Origin: Eremomyces bilateralis CBS 781.70
Taxonomy: Eukaryota
Assembly: GCA_010015585.1 (NCBI GenBank)
Contig: ML975149.1
Length of the DNA: 64,000 nt
Direction: 5' to 3' (one strand)
Shown here: positions 24,108 through 35,800 of the stretch, one piece after another
Layout: every line of letters begins with the position of its first letter
Numbering within the stretch: the first letter of the stretch is position 1
Made by a program: the position numbers and the translations under genes
The notes under the pieces: model-generated
The model's database searches: none
Told to the model about the DNA's origin: nothing
The model's input: only the letters and a program-made list of their open reading frames with translations

Positions 24108-25333
24108 ATGTTGGATTTAGCGACGCACAGCGTCCCCGACTCGAAGGCGTTCTTCAGTTATAATCTCCTCCCGGCGTACGTGGACGAAAAACAGCTGCCG
24201 TTGAAACGGAAGCCGTTTTCGACGTTTCGAAACTACACGTTTCCCCATACGGTATTTGAAATTGATATCGATGAGCTTTTATTCCGTGCGAGGCTAATGG
24301 CGACGGCAGATCAGCCTCATACTTCCGGAAGATGCATACGAAGGGATACAGAGCAAGCAAGAGCAAGGAGACTTCCTGACGTTGTCGTACTGCAAGGTGT
24401 ATCTTCGCCCGGCGGAGTTGCTGGAGGAGGAGTTCTTCAATGAGTATATGAAGAAGGGGTCTGTCTTAATGAGGTCTGAGGGACGGGAGGGAATGGATAC
24501 GTTGATAACGGTTACGGAAGGTATCCGTTTTGAATCACCTAGATGATCCCTGAAATGTGACTCTAACTCCTCGTCTCAGGACAGCTACGGATCGAATTGG
24601 ACAAGGCGACCTACGAACGCTGCGGGTTGGTGGGCAAGCCCATTGACGACAAGGGCCGGAAACATAAGAAAGTTCGATTCGGTATGACATCCTCTTCTAT
24701 CCTTCCGGCATCCTCTTCCGCTCACACTCTCCAGCCATCGAACTCGACCTCCGCGCCCCCTCCATGCTCCACGGCAAAAAAGGGTTCCAACGCCTCCTCC
24801 ACGCCCTCGAAAATGTCCTAAATTCCTCCATCACCTTCCTCTTCCTCGACCTCCAGAAACCCCACGACCAACTTGCGGGCCCCATCTCCAAACACGCCCC
24901 CATCTTACGCCAGGTCACACCCACCATCACCCACCTCCCCCGCACGCGAACCCCCGTCATCGAACCAGCCATGGACCTCACCAACCCCCTCCACGCCACC
25001 GAGCTCCTCGAGTGGCTCGGCCTCGTCGCGCTGGAGTCACCGCGCGTGAGCGCCGACGACGACATGGACCGGTATCTCAGCCGGTACGACGTGCCGACTC
25101 TCGGCCGCGAGGTAGATCTAGGGGAATCGGCCGCCACGAGGACGGCGGACCTAGTGAAGCTGGAGTGGAAGGGGTTGGCGTCCGCGGAGTTCATTACGGG
25201 GATGTATGTGGCCGCGAGGAGGAGGACGATGGGGTCGTGGTGTGCGGTTGGGGCGGGAATGTTTGATGGGAGGGATTATACAGTGTTGAGTATTGGGGGG
25301 GAGGATGTGCTATGCTGGGAGTGTTGGGATTGA
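24108..25333 (+). CDS. RPP40: Ribonuclease P/MRP 40-kDa subunit (Rpp40-like)
   Basis: Exons 24108-24251, 24310-24520, 24580-24681 and 24735-25333. Motifs LRIELDKATYERCGLVGKP, IELDLRAPSMLHGKKGF and ELLEWLGLVALESPRV..DDMDRYLSRY. Confidence 0.82.
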
Positions 25334-25771
25334 ATTTCACGTTCACTTTTCACGTTCACTCTTCATGTCCGGCGCCTATTACTTGGTGGACTTTTCACTT
25401 GGAGCGATATTGTGCATTTGGCATATCTCACTTCTGCCCTCATACTCCATCGTTCCGTCTACCTTTCCTGCACGACACGACTCACTTCTACCTTCTTCTA
25501 TGACCCACCCCCTTCTTTCCCTCCTCGACTCACTTTCATACATCGAGTGATTGGACATTCGTTGGTATCACACCCATCCCCACACTCATCCTAGTCTCCT
25601 CACTCTCTTCACCCATTGAGTGACCTCCTTCTATCATGATTGACCAGGCTCGCTCCCCGCATGTCACACTCGTTGACACCCCTGCGCCATTCGCTTTTGA
25701 GCACTGAACAGTTCTGTCTTGAGTCACCTCTTCCGCGGCTAGATTAAACTATACATGAAGCGAGCGTGGCC

Positions 25772-26632
25772 ATGGTGGTTGCCACACGATCGAGGAACCC
25801 GTAAGTCCACATTTATGCTAGCCCGGTTCATATACCACTGACCGAATCCAGGGACACACTGAAGCGCGTTGCACGTCTATCCGCATTCACTAGGGGTAGT
25901 GTAATGAGGCGTAAACAGACTCTCAGTTTGACGTCCGAATCCAGTTCTGCCTCGACCGACCCCCGGGCGTCTATGTCCGACCAGAAAATCCAGTATCCTT
26001 GGGGACGGAGAATCTGCACATATCACGAGCATGTTCGAGGAGAAACGTGTCTAGATGCGTGATTGTTGGTTCTCTTCATGGTAAGGACTATCAGTTGCAC
26101 CTAACCTTTCCTTCCTATCAGAGTCATAAATTCCTTACTGGGAAGAGGAAGTAGGTACGATGGAGATAAACACTACGCAGAAGCTAACGTCCTTCTAGAT
26201 TCCACATCATACTATGCTGATCACCACTGAGAATCATATCAATAACTTCACTCCCGAGCACATCGATACGGCCATTAAATTTCCGCCATGTCCGATTCGT
26301 CGGGGTCCTCTCTCGATACGAGAGGAACAATTCGTAAAACGTACACCGAGCTTATTGGGCTGAGAGATTGACTAGACAATGGATGGCAGCTCCTGCGGAA
26401 GAAATCGTTCGTGTTGAAGCGAATTTGAATGGAGACGTTCCTACAGTGAAGAGCTTGAATCAAAAGCTTGACAAATAGGCTGGAGAAAACTCAAGCGGAG
26501 GGCTTCTCGACGTTGTCCGAACAGGTGTCGCAAGCCACCCAGAAATTGTCGGCGTTGTCAGAACAGATGTCGCAAGCTACGGACAAGTCGTCGGAAAAAT
26601 CTGACAAGATTATTGTGAAAATTTCCCAGTAG
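25772..26632 (+). pseudogene. Possible spliced, decayed gene or noncoding transcript with a coiled-coil-like tail
   Basis: Three intron-like segments with donor, branch and acceptor (25801-25851, 26081-26121, ~26155-26198). The joined frame has premature TGA/TAG. The tail reads RLEKTQAEGFSTLSEQVSQATQKLSALSEQMSQATDK. Confidence 0.3.
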
Positions 26633-26643
26633 CGAACGGTAAG

Positions 26644-27599
26644 TTAAACCTGCAGCGCCTGTCTCCTCCGCTCTTCTGCCTCTTTCTCAGCTAACGCCTG
26701 TTCAGCCTCGACGATGTCAGAGAGCTTCCTGGCCGTCTCGCGCAGGTTTTTATTCCGTTCTTTAAACCATGCCCCTACCTCGGCGTTCTGAGTTCGATAC
26801 ACCGATTGCCACTTCTCCCCGCCCCCTTCGCTTCTTGAACATCCCCTCGTCTTCTCAACGATCCTATCCCAGATATCTTCGTGCTCTGCCAGAGGTATGT
26901 AAAACTCCTCCAGTGTCCTCTGGCGATACATTTGATACGTCTGTCCAAATATCATTGTCCGGATGACACGGCTGACACTCTCAGGTTGTGGCTTTTTATA
27001 GCGTAGAAACGGAATGTTACCAGCATTGACAATCTGTGGAACCTTTCTAATCCCCTTCACAGTCGGTCGAGGGAATCGGTCGAAAATGCTTGGCGCTTTC
27101 GGTGGAAGGTTTTCTCGACGGGCGACTTTTCGGAGTTGTTTGGCTCGTCTGTCTTTCTTAGGCCAGTCCGCTGGCGGGGGATGTGACTTTAGGAAGCTTT
27201 GTATTCGAGAGAGAGAAGTTTTGTCGCCCTCAGCGGCAGCATCGAGCACGTCAAGTGCCTATAGATTGATCATCACCATCGTTAGCTACACGCAATATTC
27301 AGTCACAACCAGCGGGAAAGCTTACCGCATATCCACCAACGAATTGCAGATTGATGTGTCGGAAGTCCTTCCTCAGCACGCGGTTTCTCCAGAATCGGAA
27401 TTGAATGGTCTCGCGGAGGGCATTGCGCTTTGCATCGTCAAGCCATATTCGATCGACTTGGGAGAGCAGAGCGCGGTAGAGCGCGAGAGCTGGAAATGTA
27501 TGGATAAGCCTAGATCAATAGGAAGCATTGGGGAGGCATACCTGCTACGCGATGACATGAGCGCGTTAATATCGAGGAGGGGAGGAGGGGAAGTTTCAT
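26644..27599 (-). CDS. LYR-motif (Complex1_LYR-like) protein, probably mitochondrial
   Basis: Exons 27599-27542, 27489-27326 and 27258-26644 join to give HRVAALALYRALL...ETIQFRFWRNR, and downstream PFLRYKKPQP. Confidence 0.75.
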
Positions 27600-28114
27600 C
27601 CCATATTTTTAGTGCAACGAGGCGCCTTGTATCCAAGTGCACCCTATGGGTTTGGTATATTGAACTGGTGGAGGTGCCCGAAGTTGACTAGAGGTTCAGA
27701 GGTCAAGAGCTCAAGATGGACTTCGAGATTCTCAGGCTTGGCACTGATCACGCTCAAATACCTGAGCAGAGTGCTTTGACTTCGCACACATTTAATTGTC
27801 TATCTGCAGTTCATTTATTTAGGCTTGTATTTATACGTCTCATTGGAAAGATAGGGAGTTAAGGTAATCATTGCCATTCATTCAAAGTTGGTCGTGGAAA
27901 GCCTAACTCGCCCTAACATATGCTATGATATCAAACCCTCCGGTACAAAGACGTTAACATCCTGTACACCGCTGTATGCATACAAATAATTAACGTCGAG
28001 AGTTCAAGCCGCTGCGTCACTCGTGTTGAAAGTCCACATCCCCGTCGTTATACAACTTGATCCCCAGTATACCGAATACGGAAGCGTGTGCATTGTTTGC
28101 ACCAGGATGATTCC

Positions 28115-28728
28115 TTAGTAGTTGGATCCCTCAGCGGGCTGGGGTAATTTCTTATGGGCAGGAAGCGCCATATACCTGTCCATGATCAGTGATTTGCCAG
28201 AGACTCCTCTTGAGAGTGAGCGCACCTCCGCAGCTCGATTAGAATAGTCTCCATTGTGAACTCTCTCCTCCACTGAACCAAACACGGGAGCTTCGACGGG
28301 TCGACCTAACAGACGCTCAGCCTTGACTAATCGTATATAGTGAGATGTCAAACCTTTCCGGTCGGTCCTACGCAGGGCAGGTTGATCTTGGAGACGAAGG
28401 TAACTTCGGGGGGAACGTCGGGGTATTGTCCACCGCAGTGGATCTTGAGGCTGTAGATGCGGTTCTCGTGAACGCTCTGGACCGTGTTAGTATTCGCGTA
28501 GTATCACAACAGGCTGCAGCGTACATGGGGAGGGCCCAGGATGGTTCCGTTCCAGTTGGTCATGAGAAGGTCCTCGCCATCCTCAAGTCCATACGAGCAC
28601 GCCTCTGGTCAGGTTAGTACTCCACACGAACACACTGGCAAATAGGATTACGAACCTGCACCCAAGCCTTTCTCGCCTTTCTCCAGCTCCTCTAGGAGCC
28701 TAAAGTTTCTAGGGATCTTTGCACTCAT
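28115..28728 (-). CDS. MMS2: Ubiquitin-conjugating enzyme variant MMS2/UEV1
   Basis: Exons 28728-28656, 28604-28525, 28476-28354, 28305-28226 and 28175-28115. The protein reads [21 protein letters not shown]...[20 protein letters not shown]...[12 protein letters not shown]. It lacks the HPN/catalytic Cys motif, as expected for a UEV. Confidence 0.95.
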
Positions 28729-29763
28729 GCTTGCGGAGTTGTCAGCTAATGTCGGGAGGGGTTTTGCGAAGAAGAACGCCTTCTATTTCGGTTCCGATAA
28801 GTGCCTTAGAAAGCTGATTTGGGTAAGGAATCTACAAGTGGACGGGTAAAGTTGGAGAGTCTATGATACTGATGTGAATGTTGCCATGAATCATGATAGA
28901 CAACCAGCCTTGTCAATTGTTGTCACGTGTTGGTGCGCGAAGCCCTCCAAATTCCGGGTCCAGAACCCCCCAGCCCGTTCTGTTGCCAACAACCTGAACT
29001 CTCCGACCTCCATGTCTGCTCCCTCACCATCGATCCTATTTAGGCATTCTTACGAGTAGGAATGATGGCCACCCCTCTCAAGGCGCAACCTACCCTATAA
29101 TGGGCGGTTTGATTTTTCCCTTGCGTCTGTCACCCTTACAGCTCGACACACGCACCGATCACGACTCCAAGACGATATGCCCAGATACCTGTATGCTCTG
29201 CTGTCCGAAAGATTCAGATGTTCTCAAGAACTAGAAAGAGCTTGGAAACCCTTCCCAGATTGGAACATTATAGGAACCTCGGATGTATACCGCCGGATTA
29301 CAAGCCAGACCCCCAGAAAATGATGGCTGTGGTTGAGAGATGCTAGTACAAGCATGGCCTTCGTCCGTGAGCTGGACACGACTGGGGACTGATAATATTA
29401 CATAAATACTATCAGCACATGAATGTGGGTTACGTGGACTACCGTCTTCTAGAAGAACTTCTAGTTTATATAGGTTTCTTCGACTGGCTGGATAATGGGA
29501 ATAGGTATCTTCAGTCTCATTAGACATACTGGAAAGATTTATCTCAGTATTTCCCAATCCTTGTAGCACTTGTTTCCTAAAGAACGTCCGGTCCCTAGCA
29601 CGCCTAGGCCAAAGGATTTGCTTGATGTTGAAGAGTAGGCGTTTCACCAGCCTTCCTTTTGGAGGGACTCCTCTTGCTTTCGGTTCGGCAACCGTATTGT
29701 CTAACAATCGTCTATTGGCTTCGGTTGACACTATCAACCTCTACTGGCCCCGAATCAAACTGT

Positions 29764-30012
29764 CTATTTCCCACCCCTTGGAGACTGCGTGGTTTGCAGC
29801 CCATCCGATGGCTTCGGCAAGGATCCAAGGAGATCTTTTATGGACTGCAGCTCCCGATCTCGAGCTTGCCTATCCGCATGGATTTCTTGCTTCACTTTCT
29901 CGAAATCATCGTCCAACTTCTGATGCCAAGGGTAGAGTACAAACACTTGAAAGCCTAAGGCTGTGGTTGCAATTGCGAAATTAGTGATGGAGAATCGACG
30001 TGCGATGACCAT
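29764..30012 (-). CDS. Small (82 aa) single-pass membrane/coiled-coil protein of the fungal FQVFVLYPWH type
   Basis: NFAIATTALGFQVFVLYPWHQKLDDDF is a hydrophobic helix followed by a charged helix. An intron-like segment upstream (~30131-30077) probably lies in the 5' UTR. Confidence 0.7.
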   Translation of the reverse strand: MVIARRFSITNFAIATTALGFQVFVLYPWHQKLDDDFEKVKQEIHADRQARDRELQSIKDLLGSLPKPSDGLQTTQSPRGGK

Positions 30013-30631
30013 TGTGAAGACAAACGAATTCGCGGACTTGTATGTGATTGGAACTGCTGCAACGACCGATACAATCCTAATAGCAAGTAAGTATTCTGTG
30101 GATGATCATCAGCCGAATATATTGAACTTACTATCATGCAATGATGTTTCCTTATAGGAAAGAAATGAGTGAGGACAGGCGATGATTAATCTGATTCACC
30201 TCCAGTGGGTAGGTGGAGTTTGAAGATAGTTACTGGAGGAAGAACTGAATAGTGGTCTGATGTGGCGTACTACCCCTACCATAAGTATCTACTCGTACGG
30301 GAGCGTTTTTGTTTACTAGAACATGCCCCTGCATGCTTACTGTTAAGATTTAATTACATCCACATCCGAAAGATCTCCGAGAACCCCATGCAGTGAGGCT
30401 GCCGACGTGCATGTGCTACATAACATAGTACTGTTACTGCCCTCGTGCGAGCAATAGGAAACTTTAAAGACTGCTCATGAAAGTCTTACATGTACCAGGA
30501 ATTCCCCAGTAAACTACCAAATGAAGCACTTCACAAGGCGTGCAATTCCCGAAACTATCGTGATATCGTCATTTATCAGCAAGCTTGCACAGCTTCCAAT
30601 CCCAATCGCTCATGTTTACTTCGTTTGAGTC

Positions 30632-31294
30632 ATGGCAGTTGTACCGAAACTCTTACGCCTCCCAGTCCGTCGCGGATTGATTCCGTCGCTTGGGGTAGCA
30701 AAACCAAATGTCTTATGGTTTGGTTGTTCTAGCAGTGGATTTCAGGAGGCTCGAGAGCTCGAACTAATGCCAGGGGAGATTATTGAGCATAGAAATCTGG
30801 GCAATCTGCTCTCAAATCAGGATCTAAGCACGTCTAGCACGGTGGAATATGCGCTGACCGCGGAACAGGTACGTCCCTGTTGGTTCCACCACCTTTCATT
30901 CTGGATTTCCTAACGCTGATGTGCTAATAGGTGAACCATATCGTGATCTGCGGTCATTATGGATGCAGTTTCTTGACTCCAGATTCGAAGAAGAGCGACG
31001 GTGTCGACTCCTGGTTGAAGTCAGTTATCCCAGCCAAATCGGGATGCCAAACACACTGATATCTGATTTAGGGACGTTCGCAAACTGTACGAATCTTGGA
31101 GCGATGAGCTAGAGAAAATCGAGGATGTTTCCGAACGCCAACGTTTGTTTGCGGAACTTTATACTTGGTCGCAGTCTCGAGATGTGCTGAATAGGAAAAT
31201 CGTGATGGATGCTATGGATAATCAGGGTATCAAGGTTCATGCCTTCATTTACGATGACGCGAAGAAGGAATGTCTCCAGTTGACTACTAGCTAA
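30632..31294 (+). CDS. Divergent beta-class carbonic anhydrase-like protein (Asp/Arg dyad absent)
   Basis: Exons 30632-30868, 30931-31019 and 31072-31294. VLWFGCSSSG replaces GCSDSR. HRNLGN, HIVICGHYGC and VHAFIYD are retained. Confidence 0.8.
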
Positions 31295-31518
31295 GTAATC
31301 ATTGCTTCATGGTTCTTGTGCCCGCTTATCTTTCCATCTGTGACAGTCTCACGGCTCTGGCGTCATTGGAACTTCGACATCAAATAGAGTACATGGTTGT
31401 CGTACTAGAGCCTCGCATATCGGCACTATTTAAATTCCCTACTCGGATGCTACAACGCTTCAGCCAGCAGGACGGAATGCATTTCCATGTATGGTATCCA
31501 AGTAATGTTTTTCTAGTT

Positions 31519-32497
31519 TCATTCAAGTTGATAGATCTTCATGATCCCTTCCAGCGTCTCCTCGAAATCAAACTTCAGATCCTTAAGCAACCCATCATGT
31601 AAGTCAAAAACCCACCCATGAACAATGGGATATTGGTTTTTCTGGTAGCTTTGCTGGACAGCTGCCGTCTTCATAATGTTTCTACAAGACTCAATGGTGT
31701 TAAGCTCAATCAGTCGGTTGTATTTTGCATCCTTGTCTTCAATGCCATCGAGTTCTTTTTCATGCAAGCGATAGACGTCCCGGATGTTTCGAAGCCACGG
31801 ATTGAGGATGCCCATGTCAGCAGGCGTCAATGCTGCTTTTACGCCGCCACAGTTATAGTGACCGCACACAACGATGTGCTTGACATGTAAATGTCGCACG
31901 GCATAGTTAATGACGGACATGACGTTCAAATCAGTATTGGGCACCAGGTTGGCAATGTTGCGATGAACAAAGACTTCCCCTGCGTCGAGGCCCATGATCT
32001 CGTTGGCGGGGACACGGCTGTCACTACAGCCAATATATCTACTGGTCATTAGATGAGCGTCACTATAATCACGAACAGCTTCTTACAGATACTCCGGGGT
32101 CTGCCCGGCAGACAACTTTTCAAAGAATGCCGGATCGGCTTCTCGTTTCGAGGCAACCCATTTTCGATTGTTCTCGAAAATCCGCTCATGAGATTGCTGA
32201 AGATATCGCGGAATGGGTTGAATGGTAGGACTATCCATTTTTGACGGAGAGTGATAGGATGCCGTCTTTTGTCCGATATTTTCAAGATCAATGCGTCGTT
32301 TGGGTGGATATTCCTAGTGCTGTTGAGCATGCAAGCAACAATACCATACTTCATCCTTGAATTCCTACCTTAGACGCGCATCCACAGGGTCCTGCGATCG
32401 TATGAATCGGCGCGGCAACGAGGATCTGCCGTGGGAACCTGAGAATGGGAGGAGACCAAAAAGGATTGTAGGAGATGCGAGAGAGGCGAGATATCAT
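31519..32497 (-). CDS. Beta-class carbonic anhydrase (canonical) with a putative N-terminal mitochondrial presequence; internal ATG at 32238
   Basis: Core exons 32238-32087 and 32038-31519 carry YIGCSDSRVP, VFVHRNIAN, HIVVCGHYNCGGV and VHGWVFD. Upstream exon 32497-32369 splices in frame through intron 32368-32314 (less certain). Confidence 0.9.
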
Positions 32498-32862
32498 GAG
32501 GGAGCAATTGGAGGATGGCGTGGAGGTATTAGCGGTTGAATGAGGTTAGGTGATTTAAGTCCTCCGTTCCGTCCCGTCTGTTGAATTCAAGATAGATCCG
32601 GGTCACCTGACTACAATAATAACCGAAGATACCCCGGCACGTGAATTCCCTGGCTGACTAAGCTTTCCATCAACTACATGTCTTGCATGCGGCCAAGGGG
32701 CAGTGATGTGTCCTTGTTTTTTGATTGAAATGCTGCAACATCTGGGTATCTGAAACCCCGATGAATACTGTTCGATACTTTGGGTCTGGTTAGACCCATA
32801 TTCCAATGCCGACGAAGTGAACGAGGGAGATCGCAGAAGAGCTGGGAAGAGGAGCACGGAGG

Positions 32863-35800
32863 ATGACGTCCCAGGTCCTGATTCAGGAGTTGTCCACGAT
32901 CATCCAAGAATCCAAGAGGAAAAATAGCGAACTTAAGAGCGCTGCCGAAAAGGCACTGAACGATATAAAATCTTTGCCGTCCACTTCGGAGGCTCAATTC
33001 GCCCACGATGTCTCCAAAAGACCAAACATTCTCTCACCGTTGTTGCTGGCATGCGACTCAAAGAACACAAAACTCATAGCGCCGGCCGCTGTCTGCCTCC
33101 AGCGGCTAGCGGTATCCAAAGCAATTCCAAGACAGAGCCTAGAAGATGTCGTCGAAGCTCTACGCAGTTGCAGTTCATCCGGCTTAGACATTCAATTGAA
33201 AGTGCTCCAGACGCTGCCCTCCCTCGCACAGAATTACTCGGACGAAATCAGAGGAGATCTTCTGTCGAACGTTCTCCAAGTATGCTCTCTTTTGCAAGGG
33301 ACGAAGACACAAGCGGTGGCGTCGACAGCTGCCGCGACCCTTCAACAATTAATCATTACACTCTACGATCGATTGCGGGCGGAAGATGACAGACAACTCG
33401 AAGTCCCAGCTACCCATGAGATCAAGCTTGAAAGTCGCAGTGTGATGGTAAGACCCGTCGCTTTCGACGCATTCCATGTTTTCCATGACCTCTGTTATCT
33501 TCTGGACGGCAAGAAGCCGCACTACATCCGGTTCTCTTCGATCTCGCCATTGGGTGTGCTGGAACTCATTGAATCGATTTTGGGCAACTATTCCAGCACA
33601 ATATCCGACCATGACGAGCAATTACAATGCCTGAAAGACACATTGCTGCCAAGCATTGTGAGGATCCTGGGGGAGAAGCACGTATTCTCAGCCAATGTAC
33701 GGTGTATGAGAGTGCTCAACTTGATCCTCCAACATCATCTTCCATCCGTTCCTTCGCAATGCGAGTCGGCGCTTGCCCTGCTCAATCATTTCATGGACCC
33801 AGAAGCTGGTCCGCCGTGGAAACGTATCCTCTCTCTCGAGGTGTTTCAAAATCTTTATGCCGACCCAGATTTAATTCTTCAGCTGTATGATCTTTATGAC
33901 AGCCGTAGCAAGGGTAGGAAGATTTTGCAGGATAATCTCAATTCCTTTGTCAGGCTTGCATCGGAAAAGCCGTCCTTGATTGGACTGAGCCACCAATCCA
34001 CAGTACCTGGCAAGTCAACCAATGCTCGCGATGGCCCAGCAGATCAAGTTGCAGTGGAATCAGATGCTGTTGCTGGGGTTATTGGAGGTGCGGTTGGATT
34101 CAGCGGAAGCAACTATGTGGGGATAAGCAACGAATTCAGCATCATACGAACGCCTTGCATCGAGCAATTGGACAAGAATGAGCCGCATACAATCCCCGAA
34201 ACCTATGTTTACACACTAGCGTTGGGATGCATTGGGTCGCTCGCTGATGGCCTTGCGAAGATCATCCTTCCACTATCGGTCCACTCTGACAGTCGTGGAA
34301 GGAAGAAACCAAAAGCGCACTCCGATGTTGAGGTCACGGAGGTTGCAGATCCTTACATCGACAGCCACAGAAGCACGAGGGGAGGTGGTGTATCCAGGTC
34401 AACGTCTTTTCGAAAACGCACGGTCCCGATAAATCCACTGGAACTCAAGGAACACAACTCATTCAAGGACATCCAGGCAGTTGCCAATATCCTGGATGAC
34501 TGTTGGCCTGCAGTTCTCGCTGCGTATTCTACGTTCCTCTACTCCGCGCTGGACAATGACTACTACCGGTCATTAGTACGGTCAATACAGAAGTTTGCTC
34601 AGGTGAGCGGGCTTCTACGGATGACGACTCCTCGAGATGCATTCCTTACAACACTCGGCAAAGCAGCAGTACCTTCAAATGTGGTCGCTGCAACATTTTC
34701 TTCACCTACAAGCGCAACTGCTGAGAGCCCCAGTACCACCGGCAGCGTTAAAGGCTTGGGGCTGCTCAGTGTAGAAGGGTTAGTCAATCAAGGCGGAAGA
34801 CGGGTGTCTGCAGAGAACCCAACCCCTTCTCTGAATACCCGGAATCTGCTCTGCTTGCGGGCGTTACTGAATCTCGCCATTGCCCTGGGGCCAACCTTAG
34901 GCCCGGCCTGGTCAATCGTGATTGAAACACTGCAACAAGCTGACCTTATTCTCGCTCACCCATCTTCGCGGGGCTCTATACGGGATCGACCGAGCTCATC
35001 TTCGGACACTGTTTTAGATAACTCCGAATCACTTTCCCAAAATCTGAACACGGAGATCGCGGCTTGCCAAGCTGCCGCAACACGGCTCTTCGAAAGCACG
35101 GCTGATTACCCAAACGATGCCTTCCATGCCGTACTAAAATCTGTTGGTGAGCTGCTACATGGGAAGGGTGGGCGAACACCAGTCGTGAGAACTCCTCAGG
35201 TACCTAGGACGCCATTTCAGCACCAGAGGCGCGTCAGCAACTTCTCGACCATGTCTGTCACCACAGACGGTAATCTCCAAGACAACATGTTTGCTTTGAA
35301 CAAGACGAAAGACATCGCAACGATGAATCTTGGCCGCTTCTTGGCGTATGACGAAGAAGAAAGCGGATGGAAGTCCCTCACGACCGAGTTAACCACGATT
35401 GTGAAGAACCAATCCATCTCACGCCAAGCTCGTCTATTCGCAGCTGATATCCTGATGCATCTCGCCCTGGAGATGGTCAAGGACTTGGATGATGCTGACG
35501 ACAACGATGTTATCTATCAACGCGCCCTCGATACTCTCATGGATCAGTATCGACAGGCTTCTGTGGAGACTGGCCAGAAACCGGACGATGTGAGTTTGGA
35601 GGTGCACATGCTCGTTCTGCGGTCATTACAGATGATGGTGGAAACTTGTGGCGACTCCTTGAGATCGGTATGGCATCCTGTACTGCAGCTTGTCATCTCT
35701 GCCTTTGAGAGGGAGAGATCTGTGATAGAGAGTGGTGAGACGATAGGCAAGGTCTCTGTCGATGGCGCTATCGTGTCGGTGAGGATTGCGCGAACAGCAT

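Noticed and set aside
29231..29737. 168-aa minus-strand ORF downstream of the small membrane-protein gene
   Set aside because: Non-ATG start, AT/TpA-rich composition and no recognisable motif. Possibly a relic but not supportable.
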